A stretch of 64,000 nt of DNA from an uncultured Chloroflexia bacterium (GTDB lineage: Bacteria; Chloroflexota; Limnocylindria; Limnocylindrales; CSP1-4), in contig OY970218.1 in assembly GCA_963713975.1 (NCBI GenBank), forward strand, positions 2,400,001 through 2,464,000, written 5' to 3'. A program made the position numbers and the translations under genes. The notes below the pieces were generated by a model. That model was given only the letters and a program-made list of their open reading frames with translations. It did not search any database and was not told the DNA's origin. Positions 42,030 to 51,635 of the stretch are shown here, piece after piece (the first letter of the stretch is position 1; every line of letters begins with the position of its first letter).

Positions 42030-42170
42030 TCGTGCCGTGCGCGGCAGGCACGGTCGCCCGCCCCGCACGCTGCCGCCGTGCGCCGCTGCACGGGTACCGC
42101 GTCGCCGTGCGCCCCACGCACGGTTCCGCACGCCCGCGCCACCGCACGCCCGCGGTCCGCCGCACGCCTT
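42030..42170. repeat. Cluster of short GC-rich hairpins (CCGTGCG...GCACGG x3) and CCGCACGCC x3
   Basis: Three similar palindromes at about 42034, 42076 and 42105, lying 3' of the ABC transporter gene. Confidence 0.45.
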
Positions 42171-42188
42171 GCGCCGGCACAGCCTCCG

Positions 42189-44309
42189 CTACGTGCCCAG
42201 CTCCGCCAGCTGCGCAGCCTCGGCCTCGAACTGCTCGTGGTAGAGGCGCGCGTACAGCCCGTTCGCCGCGAGCAGCTCCCGGTGCGTGCCCCGCTCCGCG
42301 ATCCGGCCGCGGTCGAAGACCAGGATCCGGTCGGCCCGCAGGATCGTTGACAGGCGGTGGGCGATCGCGATCGTCGTGCGTCCTTCGGTCAGCCGGGCCA
42401 GTGCCGCCTGGATCAGCCGCTCGCTCACGGTGTCCAGCGAGGATGTCGCCTCGTCGAGGATGAGGATCCGAGGGTCCTTGAGCAGCACCCGAGCGATGGC
42501 GATCCGCTGTTTCTCGCCGCCCGAGAGCTTGTAGCCGCGCTCGCCCACCATGGTGTCGTAGCCGTCGGGGAGCTCCGCGATCCGGTCGTGCATCGCCGCC
42601 GCGCGGGCCGCCGCCTCGAGCTCGGCGTCGGTGGCATCCGGCCGGGCGTAGAGGAGGTTCTCGCGGATGGACGCGTGGAACAGGTACGTCTCCTGGGTCA
42701 CGAACCCCACCAGCCGCCCGAGCGAGGCGAGGCGGATGGAGCGCACGTCCACGCCGTCGATGGTGACCCGGCCATCCTCGACGTCGTACAGGCGTGGGAT
42801 CAGGTAGGTGGTCGTGGTCTTGCCCGCGCCAGACGGCCCGACGATCGCGACCAGCTCGCCGGGGCTGGCCTCGAAGGACACGTCCGTCAGCCCGAACGGA
42901 GCGCGCACCGCCGATGCGCCCGACGTGGTGGCGCTGGACTCGTCGACGTCCCCGTCGCCCAGGTCGTCCAGCTCGGTCTCGTCGTCGCCGTCCCCGACGC
43001 CCAGTGCCGCCGCCGCGACGCCCGCCGCGGCAGGCCCCCCGTCATCGCTCCCGAACACCCGCTCCGCCGGCAGCCCGCCGGCCCCCTCGCCATCGATCTC
43101 GTCCGCACCAGCCTCGGCCTCGGCAGCCGCCGCCAGCGCCGCCGCGGTCGCGGGTTCGGCGGGATAGTGGAACGAGACCCCCTCGAAGGCCACGGCCCCG
43201 CGAACGTCGGCCGGCTCCATGTCGATGGCCTCCGCTGAGTCGGTGATCTCCGGGTCCAGGTCCAGGTACTCGAAGATCCGGTCGAACAGCGCGAGCGAGC
43301 CCTGGATCTCGACCTGGACGTTGAGCAGCTGCCCCATCGGGAAGAACAGTCGGCTCTGGAGCGTGGTGAACGCGACGATGTCGCCCGCGGTCGGGGCGTC
43401 GGGGTTGCCACCGGCCGCCATCGTGCCCGCGAGCCAGTACACGAACGCGGGCATGATCGAGAAGACGGTCCCGATGATCATGAAGAACCAGCGACCGACC
43501 ATCGCCTGGCGGATCTGGAGGCGGGCCAGCTCCCGGTTGAGGCCCCTGAACTTCGTGACCGAGCGGTCCTGGGCGCCGAACGTCTTGCCCAGCAGGATCC
43601 CCGAGACCGACAGCGTCTCCTCGGTCACTGCGCTCATCTCGGCCAGCCGCTTCTGCGTCTCGCCACTGACCTCCCGACGCACCTTGCCCACGCGGTAGGT
43701 GAGATAGAGGAAGAACGGCAGCATCCCCAACGAGAGCAACGTCAGCGCCGGGTCGAGGAGGGCCATCGCGACCATCGTGGAGATGGCGACGGCCAGGTTG
43801 GAGGTGATCGAGGCGGCGGTGTCGGTGACGACCGCCTGCACGCCCCCAACGTCGTTGGCGAGGCGCGACTGGATCTCGCCCGTCCGGGTCGCGGTGAAGA
43901 ACCGCAGCGGCATCCGCTGGAGGTGGGCGTAGAGCGCGTTGCGCAGGTCCTGCATCACGCTCTGGCCGATCATGTTGTTGAGGTAGCTCTGGCCGACGCC
44001 GATCAGCCCGGACACGATCGGCACCACGATCATCAGTGCGACATAGACGTTGAGCTTGTCGTAGTCGCCCCCGACGATGACATCGTCGATGAGCAGCTTG
44101 AGCAGGTAGGGGTTGATCAGCCCAAGCAGGCTCGTGACGATGATCGCCACGAGCACCACGACGACCTGGAACCGGTAGGGCCCGAAGAAGGCCACGATCC
44201 GGCGCACGGTCCGCCCCCGGCGTTCCCGGGGCACCCGGAGGAAGTCGGACGACGGCGGCGTCAGGCGGCCACCACCACCACCACGTCCGCGCCCGCCGGC
44301 AGCTACCAC
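42189..44309 (-). CDS. ABC exporter (fused permease and ATPase) with an acidic insertion in the NBD
   Basis: [36 protein letters not shown] and IAHRLST motifs. Confidence 0.93.
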   Translation of the reverse strand: MVAAGGRGRGGGGGRLTPPSSDFLRVPRERRGRTVRRIVAFFGPYRFQVVVVLVAIIVTSLLGLINPYLLKLLIDDVIVGGDYDKLNVYVALMIVVPIVSGLIGVGQSYLNNMIGQSVMQDLRNALYAHLQRMPLRFFTATRTGEIQSRLANDVGGVQAVVTDTAASITSNLAVAISTMVAMALLDPALTLLSLGMLPFFLYLTYRVGKVRREVSGETQKRLAEMSAVTEETLSVSGILLGKTFGAQDRSVTKFRGLNRELARLQIRQAMVGRWFFMIIGTVFSIMPAFVYWLAGTMAAGGNPDAPTAGDIVAFTTLQSRLFFPMGQLLNVQVEIQGSLALFDRIFEYLDLDPEITDSAEAIDMEPADVRGAVAFEGVSFHYPAEPATAAALAAAAEAEAGADEIDGEGAGGLPAERVFGSDDGGPAAAGVAAAALGVGDGDDETELDDLGDGDVDESSATTSGASAVRAPFGLTDVSFEASPGELVAIVGPSGAGKTTTTYLIPRLYDVEDGRVTIDGVDVRSIRLASLGRLVGFVTQETYLFHASIRENLLYARPDATDAELEAAARAAAMHDRIAELPDGYDTMVGERGYKLSGGEKQRIAIARVLLKDPRILILDEATSSLDTVSERLIQAALARLTEGRTTIAIAHRLSTILRADRILVFDRGRIAERGTHRELLAANGLYARLYHEQFEAEAAQLAELGT

Positions 44310-45409
44310 GCGGTGGCGGTCTGCCGTTCCGCGATGCCCTCGGTCTCCAGCCAGCGCTCGGCGTCGATGGCGGCGCTCGCGCCGTCGCCGGCGGCCGTCA
44401 CGGCCTGACGGTACCGATGATCCTGCACGTCACCCGCGATGAACACGCCCGGTACCTTGCTGTAGGTGTGCTCGTGCGCGACGAGGTAGCCCTTCTCGTC
44501 CGTGTCGAGCCAGTCGCTGAACACGTCCGTGTTGGGCTTGTGGCCGATGGCGATGAACAGGCCCTCCATGGGGACGTCCCGCTCGCTGCCGTCGCGCGTG
44601 TCCCGGAGGCGCAGTCCCTCGACCTTCGCCTCGCCCAGGACCTCGGCGATCGTGGTGTTGGTGTGGACCTCGATCTTGGGGTTGCCGTAGATGCGGTCGA
44701 TCATGATTTTCGACGCCCGGAACCCGTCCCGGCGATGGAGCAGGTGCACCTTCGACGCGAACCGGGTGAGGTAGTTGGCCTCCTCCATCGCCGAGTCTCC
44801 GCCGCCCACGACGGCGATCTCGCGCTCCCGGAAGAAGAACCCGTCGCAGGTCGCGCAGGCGGACACGCCCTTGCCGCGGAGCCGCTGCTCGCTCTCGATG
44901 TTGAGCCACAGGGCGGAGGCGCCGGTGGCGATGATCAGGGTCTCCCCGGTGTACTCGACGCCGCGCGCCCAGACGCTGAATGGGCGGACGGAGAGGTCCA
45001 CGCGGTCGATTTCCACGTCCACGAAGTGGGTCCCGAATCGGGCCGCCTGGGCCCGGAAGCGGCCCATGAGCTCGGGGCCGTCGATGCCCTCGGGAAAGCC
45101 CGGATAGTTCTCGATCTCGCTGGTCAGCATCAGCTGGCCCCCCGGCGCCGAGCCGGCGAGGACGATGGGCTCGAGATTGGCGCGCGCCGCGTAGATGGCT
45201 GCCGTGAGCCCCGCGGGTCCGGACCCGATGATCAGGACCTTCGCGGCCGTGCGGCCCTCGCCGTCCGCGGATGTGGGCGGCGTCCCGGGGACCGCGGCGG
45301 CCTCACCGCCGCCGGCGGTGGGGCTTGCGTCCTGCGTGCCCCCGAAGTTGATGCCGAGTGAGCCGAAGGCGTTGGTGACGGGGCTCTTGTCGTCCGTGGA
45401 GTCGGTCAT
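44303..45409 (-). CDS. trxB: Thioredoxin-disulfide reductase
   Basis: [27 protein letters not shown] and [14 protein letters not shown] motifs; ~55 aa low-complexity N-terminal extension. Confidence 0.96.
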   Translation of the reverse strand: MTDSTDDKSPVTNAFGSLGINFGGTQDASPTAGGGEAAAVPGTPPTSADGEGRTAAKVLIIGSGPAGLTAAIYAARANLEPIVLAGSAPGGQLMLTSEIENYPGFPEGIDGPELMGRFRAQAARFGTHFVDVEIDRVDLSVRPFSVWARGVEYTGETLIIATGASALWLNIESEQRLRGKGVSACATCDGFFFREREIAVVGGGDSAMEEANYLTRFASKVHLLHRRDGFRASKIMIDRIYGNPKIEVHTNTTIAEVLGEAKVEGLRLRDTRDGSERDVPMEGLFIAIGHKPNTDVFSDWLDTDEKGYLVAHEHTYSKVPGVFIAGDVQDHRYRQAVTAAGDGASAAIDAERWLETEGIAERQTATAW

Positions 45410-45560
45410 CGTGGGATTGTCGTACCTGCTTGTCGTGGTTGTCCTGCCGTCACTGTAGCACGCGGCCCGCATACCCCTGGGGAGTATTTGTCCCAGTCGG
45501 CATCACCGGGCGTCCGGACCCGCTCGTCCCAAGGCCGCCGCGCCGCGTACCCTCAGTCCG

Positions 45561-46868
45561 ATGACCACCGAATCCGCCGTCCTCTCGCCCGAGACGTCCC
45601 CGGGTCCGCCCGGGGTCGAGGAGACGCCGGTCCACCTCGTGCCCGCCGCCGAGCTGGCACCTGCGCCCGTCTCCCTGCGCCGCAACCGGGACTTCCTCGT
45701 CGTGCTGCTTGGCCAGGGCGTCAGCTCCTTCGGCGACGCGATCACCAACACGGCCATGCCCATCCTCGTCCTCGCCCTGACCGGATCCGGGTTCGTGATG
45801 GGGATCGTGGGCGTGCTGTCCACGCTGCCCGACCTGCTCGTGGGCCTGCCGGCCGGTGCCTATGCAGATCGATGGGACCGGCGCAGGATGATGCTGGGCG
45901 CGGACCTGGGCCGGGCGGTGCTCACGGCCCTGGTGCCGCTGTCGGTATGGCTCGGCGGGCCGACGATGTGGATCGTCATCGGCGTCGCCTTCCCGCTCAA
46001 CGTGCTCCGGGTGCTGTGGCTCGCCGCATTCACGGCCGCAGTTCCCGGCCTGGTCGGGCGGGACCAGGTGCCCAGGGCCAACGGGGTGATCGAGGCCGCG
46101 TTCACCGTCGGCTGGATCGTGGGACCGGCCCTGGCGGGCCTCCTCGCCGTTGCGATCGGGCCGGGGCCGACCATCGCCCTCGACGCCATCACGTTCGCGA
46201 TCTCCGCGGCCTCGCTGCTCCTGGTCCGCCGCTCGCTCAAGCCGGAACGCCGCACGGTGCAGACCCACATCGTGGCCGATGTCCGGGAGGGCGTCGGGTT
46301 CGTGGTGCGCCAGCCGACACTGCGAGCCGTGATCGCGTTCTGGGCCACGACGTCGGTCATCATGGCGGGCCTGACCACGGGCCTGATCTACTACATCTCC
46401 GTCAACCGGGGCCTCGGAACCGAGGTGGTGGGCTTCGTGCTCTCCGCCTTTGCCGTCGGCTCGCTGGGTGGCTCCATCCTCGCCGCCCGCCTGGCGCCCA
46501 AGCCGGTGGGGCTCGTGATGCTGACCGGTGCGGTCGGCATGGGGGTCACCTTGGTCATGACCGTGGGGTCGCCGGTCCCGGTCATGGTCGTGGCCGCGCT
46601 GCTGGCTGGGATCCTGAACGCCAACGTCCTGGTCGCCTATATCTCCCTGCGGACGATGCTGTCGCCGGATGCGCTGCTGGGCCGCGTCGGGGCGACAGCC
46701 CGGACGCTCTCGGTGGGCCTGATGCCCATCGGCTCGCTCGTTGCAGGGGTGGCGCTGGATGTCGTCGGCGGCGGACCAACGCTCCTCGCCATGGGCGCCC
46801 TGCTGATCACCGCCGGCGTCGGCTTCGCCCTGCTGCCCGACGTGCGCCGGGCGCGGCTCACGGGCTAG
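45561..46868 (+). CDS. MFS transporter (DHA3/EntS-like)
   Basis: RNRDF, GAYADRWDRRR and GPALAG motifs; about 12 TM helices. Confidence 0.9.
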   Translation: MTTESAVLSPETSPGPPGVEETPVHLVPAAELAPAPVSLRRNRDFLVVLLGQGVSSFGDAITNTAMPILVLALTGSGFVMGIVGVLSTLPDLLVGLPAGAYADRWDRRRMMLGADLGRAVLTALVPLSVWLGGPTMWIVIGVAFPLNVLRVLWLAAFTAAVPGLVGRDQVPRANGVIEAAFTVGWIVGPALAGLLAVAIGPGPTIALDAITFAISAASLLLVRRSLKPERRTVQTHIVADVREGVGFVVRQPTLRAVIAFWATTSVIMAGLTTGLIYYISVNRGLGTEVVGFVLSAFAVGSLGGSILAARLAPKPVGLVMLTGAVGMGVTLVMTVGSPVPVMVVAALLAGILNANVLVAYISLRTMLSPDALLGRVGATARTLSVGLMPIGSLVAGVALDVVGGGPTLLAMGALLITAGVGFALLPDVRRARLTG

Positions 46869-46871
46869 GCG

Positions 46872-47765
46872 CTAGAGGGTCCGGAGCGCCGGGAGCACGT
46901 CCCGGGCAAGGATCTCCATCACGCGCGGGTCCCAGACATCGCGTGCGCCGAAGATCACGTGCTGGGCGCCCGCATCGGACAGCTCGCCGAACCGGTCCAC
47001 GACCTGCTGCGGGCTCTCGCCCTCGCCTCCACCCACGGCCAGCTTCACGGACTGGAGCGTGGATCGTTCGATCTCGTCCGGGTCGCGCCCGATCACCGCG
47101 CAGTGCTCGCGGATGACCTCGTACTTGTGGTGGATCGTCTCCGGGCCGCCGAACACGTTGGTCGCGTCCGCGTACTGGGCGACGAGGCGCAAGGTCTTCT
47201 TCTCGCCGCCGCCGCCGATCATGATCGGCGGGTGGGGGCGGGAGATCGACTGCGGCGAGTTGAGGAGTCGCTCGGCCTGGTAGTGACGGCCCGTGAACGC
47301 GGCCTCGGAGCCCCGCTCGCCCTCCCACATCCCGTGGGTGATCTGGAGCATCTCCTCGAGCATCTCGAACCGCTCGCCTAGCGGTGGGAACGGGAACCCT
47401 AGCCCGCGGGACTCCTGCTCGTTCCAGGCGGCACCGATCCCCAGCCAGGCCCGACCCCCGGAGAGCACGTCGAGCGTCGTCGCGGCCTTGACCCACAGGC
47501 CGGGCAGGCGGTAGTGGACGCCGCCGACCATCAGCCCCAGGCGGGCCCGGCTGGTGTGTGCCGCCATGAAGCCGAGGGCGGTCCAGCCCTCCAGCATGGG
47601 CTCCTCGGGGCGACCCACGCCGCGGATCTGGAAGAAGTGGTCCATCACCCAGATGGAGTCGAAGCCGGCATCGTCGGCATCACGGCAGATGCGACCGAGC
47701 GTGGGGCCGATCGCGGCCGGGCCGTCCGGCCAGGTGAACGAGGAGATCTGCAATCCGGTCTTCAT
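46872..47765 (-). CDS. LLM-class F420-dependent oxidoreductase
   Basis: WVMDHFFQ, TLDVLSGGR..LGIGAAW and PIMIGGGGEKKTL motifs. Confidence 0.9.
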   Translation of the reverse strand: MKTGLQISSFTWPDGPAAIGPTLGRICRDADDAGFDSIWVMDHFFQIRGVGRPEEPMLEGWTALGFMAAHTSRARLGLMVGGVHYRLPGLWVKAATTLDVLSGGRAWLGIGAAWNEQESRGLGFPFPPLGERFEMLEEMLQITHGMWEGERGSEAAFTGRHYQAERLLNSPQSISRPHPPIMIGGGGEKKTLRLVAQYADATNVFGGPETIHHKYEVIREHCAVIGRDPDEIERSTLQSVKLAVGGGEGESPQQVVDRFGELSDAGAQHVIFGARDVWDPRVMEILARDVLPALRTL

Positions 47766-47789
47766 GGCCGCAGCGTAACGTGCCGGCCC

Positions 47790-48191
47790 TCAGGGCGCGG
47801 GAAGCACCTCGAAGCCCTCGACGGCGAAGTCCTGGTCGAACGTGAACGCGCGTCGGACCCCGTGCCGGCGCATGACCAGGAAGCTCACCCAGTCCACGAG
47901 CGACACCGTGCGACGCCCGGCGGCAAGGAGCGCCTCCCGGGCCTCCGCGTGGAGGACCTCGTCAACCCAGGCGACCTCGACCAGCGGCAGGAGGTCGTCG
48001 ATGAACCGCCGAACGGACATGAGCCCCAAGCGGCGCTGGATCAGCGCGGTTGTCTCCACGACGACGTACTCGTGTGTCAGCAGCGCCTCTCCGGCGCCAC
48101 TGAGTTGCGGAAGGACGCCGGCGGCCCGTCCATGGTTGGGGTCGGTGTCGTCCACGAGCGCGTAGAAGGCGGCCGTGTCAACGAAGGTCAC
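47790..48191 (-). CDS. vapC: PIN-domain toxin (VapC)
   Basis: FVDTAAFYAL, VVVET, SLVDWVSF and FTFDQDF acidic PIN residues; GTG start overlaps the antitoxin stop. Confidence 0.9.
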   Translation of the reverse strand: MTFVDTAAFYALVDDTDPNHGRAAGVLPQLSGAGEALLTHEYVVVETTALIQRRLGLMSVRRFIDDLLPLVEVAWVDEVLHAEAREALLAAGRRTVSLVDWVSFLVMRRHGVRRAFTFDQDFAVEGFEVLPAP

Positions 48192-48439
48192 GACCCGTAG
48201 ATCTCGTCGAGGTAGTCGTCGTGGTTCGCCGCCACGTCCGATCCATCGCCGTGACCGCACCCGACGGCCGACATGGCCCGCGCCCACAGCTCCTCGCGCG
48301 TGGGGGGCGCGAGCGTGGTGGCATAGACCTGGTCCACGGCATCCCGGATCAGGTGCGCCATCGAGACGCCCCGTTCTCGGGCAAGCCGGCGCAGCAGGTC
48401 GGCCTGATCGGGCTCGAGGGAGATCTGGGTCCGTTCCAT
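48188..48439 (-). CDS. vapB: Ribbon-helix-helix antitoxin (VapB/CopG-like)
   Basis: MERTQISL...LRRLARERGVSMAHLIRDAVD, and C-terminal SDVAANHDDYL; 83 aa. Confidence 0.85.
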   Translation of the reverse strand: MERTQISLEPDQADLLRRLARERGVSMAHLIRDAVDQVYATTLAPPTREELWARAMSAVGCGHGDGSDVAANHDDYLDEIYGS

Positions 48440-48480
48440 GCAGGGATGATACCACTCTGCCGATGTGATGTAGGAAGCGC

Positions 48481-49257
48481 CTACCGGAACAGGTCGTTGG
48501 CCGGGGGGATCAGCAGGTCGCCTATCGAGCCCTCGCCGGGCAGCGGGCGTGCGCCACGGACCAGCGCGACCGGCCGGCCCGCGGTCTTGCCCAGGGCCAG
48601 CTCCGCTGCGGAGGCGATCTCGTCCGCGACGGCCCGGACGGTGGACTGCATCACCCGGCCATCCGCATCCGGCGCGCCCCGCAGGTCCTCGAGTGGCTGG
48701 AGCCCGGATACGCCGAGTGCCACGTCCACGATGCCCCAGCGCCATGGCCGGCCGAAGCTGTCCGAGATCACGACCGCGACGTCCGTGCCGAACCGGGTCC
48801 GCAATGCCGCCCGGATCCGCGCGGCGGAGGCGTCGGGATCACGGGGGAGCAGCGTCACGAGGTCGCCCGACCCGGGGCCCACGTTCGAGGCGTCCACGCC
48901 GCCGTTGGCACACACGAACCCGTGGTGCGTCTCCGTGATCAGCACCCCGCGCTCCATGCGTACGATCCTGCGCGCCTCGTCGAGAACCACCTGGATCTGG
49001 CGTGGGTCACGGTCCCAAGCCCGGCCCCATTCCACGGCCTGCGTGCCGGGCGTGATCGTCCGCAGGTCCACCACGGCACCCTCGGCCTTGGACACGACCT
49101 TCTGGGTGACGACCAGGACGTCGTCGGGCCGGAGCGGCAGCACGCCGGACGTGGCTCCCAGCGCATCGCCGATGAGCGTTCCCAGATCGTCACCCGCACG
49201 CACCTCCGGCAGGCCGGCCAGGGCGACGATCTCGACGCGACCTTCCTCAGCGGGCAC
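48481..49257 (-). CDS. cofE: Coenzyme F420-0:L-glutamate ligase (single domain)
   Basis: LPEVRAGDDL, VVTQKVVSKAEG, ANGGVDASN, DSFGRPWR.G, ADEIASAA and DLFR motifs. Confidence 0.93.
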   Translation of the reverse strand: MPAEEGRVEIVALAGLPEVRAGDDLGTLIGDALGATSGVLPLRPDDVLVVTQKVVSKAEGAVVDLRTITPGTQAVEWGRAWDRDPRQIQVVLDEARRIVRMERGVLITETHHGFVCANGGVDASNVGPGSGDLVTLLPRDPDASAARIRAALRTRFGTDVAVVISDSFGRPWRWGIVDVALGVSGLQPLEDLRGAPDADGRVMQSTVRAVADEIASAAELALGKTAGRPVALVRGARPLPGEGSIGDLLIPPANDLFR

Positions 49258-49891
49258 GGGCGTCCTCCTGGAGCCATGGCTCGGCGAGCAGGAGGTCCTC
49301 GGGCGTGTCCACGTCCAGGTCCAGGATCCCGCCCAGCTCGAGGAACGGGACATCCGCCGACTCGGCCAGCCACGCGTGACCCGTCCGGCTGTCGCCCCCG
49401 AACGCCGGGTCGATGACCTCCGGCGGGTCCAGCAGCAGGACATTCGTCCCGCGCCTGTGCCGGTCTGGGACCAGGACGACGCTGGGGGATCCCGCCTGAT
49501 CGCCGGCGGCGAGGACCGCGATCAGGTCAGCCGGCGTGATCGCCGGGAGGTCGCCGGGGAGGATCAGCAGGCGGTCCGCGTCGCCGGCGGCATTGCGAGC
49601 CTCCTGGAGCGCGGGGTTCAGGCCGCGAGATCGCTGGAGCAGGGGAGTGGCCCCGGCCGCCTCGGCCACGTCGAGGGCCTCCGGGTCCGGCGACACCACG
49701 ATGACCTCCGACACGCCCGGCGTGATGAGCGCGGCGGCCACCGCCCGTCGCAGCAGGCTCTCGACCAGGTCCCGGCGCTCCTCGGCATCGAGCACGGCGC
49801 CCAGGCGGGACTTCGCGCCCTCGAAGGCACGGATGGGGATGGCGACGATCGTCACGCGCTCGTGATGCACGACCGGATCGGGAAGGTCCAC
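49247..49891 (-). CDS. cofC: 2-phospho-L-lactate / PEP guanylyltransferase (CofC/FbiD)
   Basis: IPIRAFEGAKSRL, GLNPAL, PGDLP, GTN, FGGDS and DVDTPEDL motifs. Confidence 0.92.
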   Translation of the reverse strand: MDLPDPVVHHERVTIVAIPIRAFEGAKSRLGAVLDAEERRDLVESLLRRAVAAALITPGVSEVIVVSPDPEALDVAEAAGATPLLQRSRGLNPALQEARNAAGDADRLLILPGDLPAITPADLIAVLAAGDQAGSPSVVLVPDRHRRGTNVLLLDPPEVIDPAFGGDSRTGHAWLAESADVPFLELGGILDLDVDTPEDLLLAEPWLQEDARAR

Positions 49892-49901
49892 GCAGGTGAT
49901 G

Positions 49902-50516
49902 CTAGCGCGCGGCGGGGTGCAGCCCGGACATTGCCACCACGCTGCGCACGATCCGATCGCGGACACCTTCGCGGTCCAGAGCGTCTCCCTGTTCGGCGAC
50001 CGCGACCAGCGCCCCGTCGAGCAGCATCGTCGTTGCGGCTGCGATCTCGTCCACGTCCACGTCTGCCGCCAGCTCGCCGCGCGCGATCGCGTCTCGCACG
50101 AAGCCGGCGCCGAAGCTCCTGAGGTCGTCGCCGCGCCGCCGCAGCGCTTCGCGGATCCGCTCGTCGGCCGGCGCTGCGGCCATGGCCTGGAGGACGAGGG
50201 GCGCGCCGATCGCGTGGAGCATGGCATCGAAGTAGCTGCCGATGGCGACGGTCAGGCGCTCGACGGGGTCGTCGATGGGGGCGAGGTGCGTCGCCAGCTC
50301 GGCCAGCTCGTCGGGCGTCCCCGAGATGCACAGCTCGAGGAACAGCTCCTCCTTGCTGGGGAAGTAGCGGTAGATCAGGCCGACCGAGACGCCCGCCTCG
50401 GTGGCGATGGAGGGGACGCTCGTGCCACGGAACCCGCCGCTGATGAATGCGCGTCGCCCGCCTTCGAGGATCTGCTCGCGCATGGCCTCCGCGTGGGCCG
50501 CCGGGCGCCTGGGCAT
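49902..50516 (-). CDS. TetR family transcriptional regulator
   Basis: HTH segment IATEAGVSVGLIYRYFPSKEEL. Confidence 0.93.
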   Translation of the reverse strand: MPRRPAAHAEAMREQILEGGRRAFISGGFRGTSVPSIATEAGVSVGLIYRYFPSKEELFLELCISGTPDELAELATHLAPIDDPVERLTVAIGSYFDAMLHAIGAPLVLQAMAAAPADERIREALRRRGDDLRSFGAGFVRDAIARGELAADVDVDEIAAATTMLLDGALVAVAEQGDALDREGVRDRIVRSVVAMSGLHPAAR

Positions 50517-50533
50517 CGCGTCTCCGATCGTGC

Positions 50534-50603
50534 TGAATGAGTGTTCATTTTAGGTCTTGACAGCCGCGCCTGTCCCGGATCATAGTGAATGAACAGTCAT
50601 TCA
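50534..50603. promoter_or_regulatory. Two TetR-type operators flanking a TTGACA promoter
   Basis: TGAATGA-ACAG-TCATTCA (50586-50603, perfect 7-4-7) and TGAATGAGTGTTCATTTT (50534-50551). TTGACA at 50557 and CATAGT at 50581. Confidence 0.8.
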
Positions 50604-50632
50604 TCAATAGCGAACATGACGGAGGGTCAGAG

Positions 50633-51604
50633 ATGGAACGAGCGGAGGGGCTCCAGGTGGTGCTCGGCGCGTCGGGTGGGACCGGCCGCGCGATCGTCGA
50701 CGAGCTTGTCCGGCAGGGCCGCCGGGTGCGAGCGGTGTCCCGGGGGCCGATCGCCGGCCTGCCTGCAGGGGTGGAGCACGTCAGGGCCGACCTGTACGAC
50801 CCGGCCGACGCGGCCCGGGCCGTCGCCGGTGGAGCCGTCGTGTACCACACCGCCCAGCCGGCCTACGCGGAGTGGGACGGCAACTTCGAACGGCTGAACG
50901 GCTCGATCACGGGCGCCACCGCCCGTGAGGGAGGGAGGCTCCTCTTCGCAGACAACCTGTACATGTATGGCCCCGGTGGCTCGCCCATGACCGAGACGAC
51001 GCCGCAGCGGGCGACCGACCGCAAGGGAACGCTCCGAGCCCGCCTCGCGGCCGACCTGCTTGCACGGCACGAGCGCGGCGAGCTCGATGTCGTCATCGCC
51101 CGTTCCAGCGACTACTTCGGTCCCCACGGAGTCAACACCGGACCGGGCGAGCGGGTCTTCGGCGCCGCGCTCCAGGGCAAGGCGGCGAGCGTGGTCGGCA
51201 GGCTCGATGTCCCGCACTCCATGAGCTATCTCCCGGACATGGCCCGCGCGATGGTCATCCTGGGTGACCGTGACGAGGCAGCCGGTCGTGTCTGGCACCT
51301 TCCCGTCATGGACCCGCTGACGGTTCGCCAGTTCCTCGACCGCGTGTACGCGGCGGCCGGGACACCCGTGCGGACCCAGGTCGCAGGCCCCATGACGCTG
51401 CGTCTTCTCGGGCTGTTCGTGCCGCCCCTGCGCGAGATCGCAGTCGTCCTCTACCAGTGGCAGGAGCCGTGGATCAGCGACTGGTCCGCGTTCGAGGTGG
51501 CGTTCGGGCCCTTCGAACGGACGTCACTCGACGAGGCCATCGGTGCGACGCTCGGCTGGTGGCGTGGCGAGATGGCCGCAAGGGCAGCCGCGAAGGCAGC
51601 CTGA
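50633..51604 (+). CDS. NAD-dependent epimerase/dehydratase (atypical SDR)
   Basis: LGASGGTG, DNLYMYG, KG..RA, DYFGP and YLPDMAR motifs; RBS GGAGG. Confidence 0.85.
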   Translation: MERAEGLQVVLGASGGTGRAIVDELVRQGRRVRAVSRGPIAGLPAGVEHVRADLYDPADAARAVAGGAVVYHTAQPAYAEWDGNFERLNGSITGATAREGGRLLFADNLYMYGPGGSPMTETTPQRATDRKGTLRARLAADLLARHERGELDVVIARSSDYFGPHGVNTGPGERVFGAALQGKAASVVGRLDVPHSMSYLPDMARAMVILGDRDEAAGRVWHLPVMDPLTVRQFLDRVYAAAGTPVRTQVAGPMTLRLLGLFVPPLREIAVVLYQWQEPWISDWSAFEVAFGPFERTSLDEAIGATLGWWRGEMAARAAAKAA

Positions 51605-51635
51605 CCGGTCAGGCGGGCACCCCTCCGGGCCATGG

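Noticed and set aside
42895-43165. Intein in the ABC transporter
   Set aside because: Low-complexity insertion lacking intein splice-junction residues.
49891-50516. Idea that cofC-cofE are controlled only by read-through from tetR
   Set aside because: cofC has its own -10-like TAGCAT 7 nt upstream of its GTG, so independent leaderless transcription is at least as likely.
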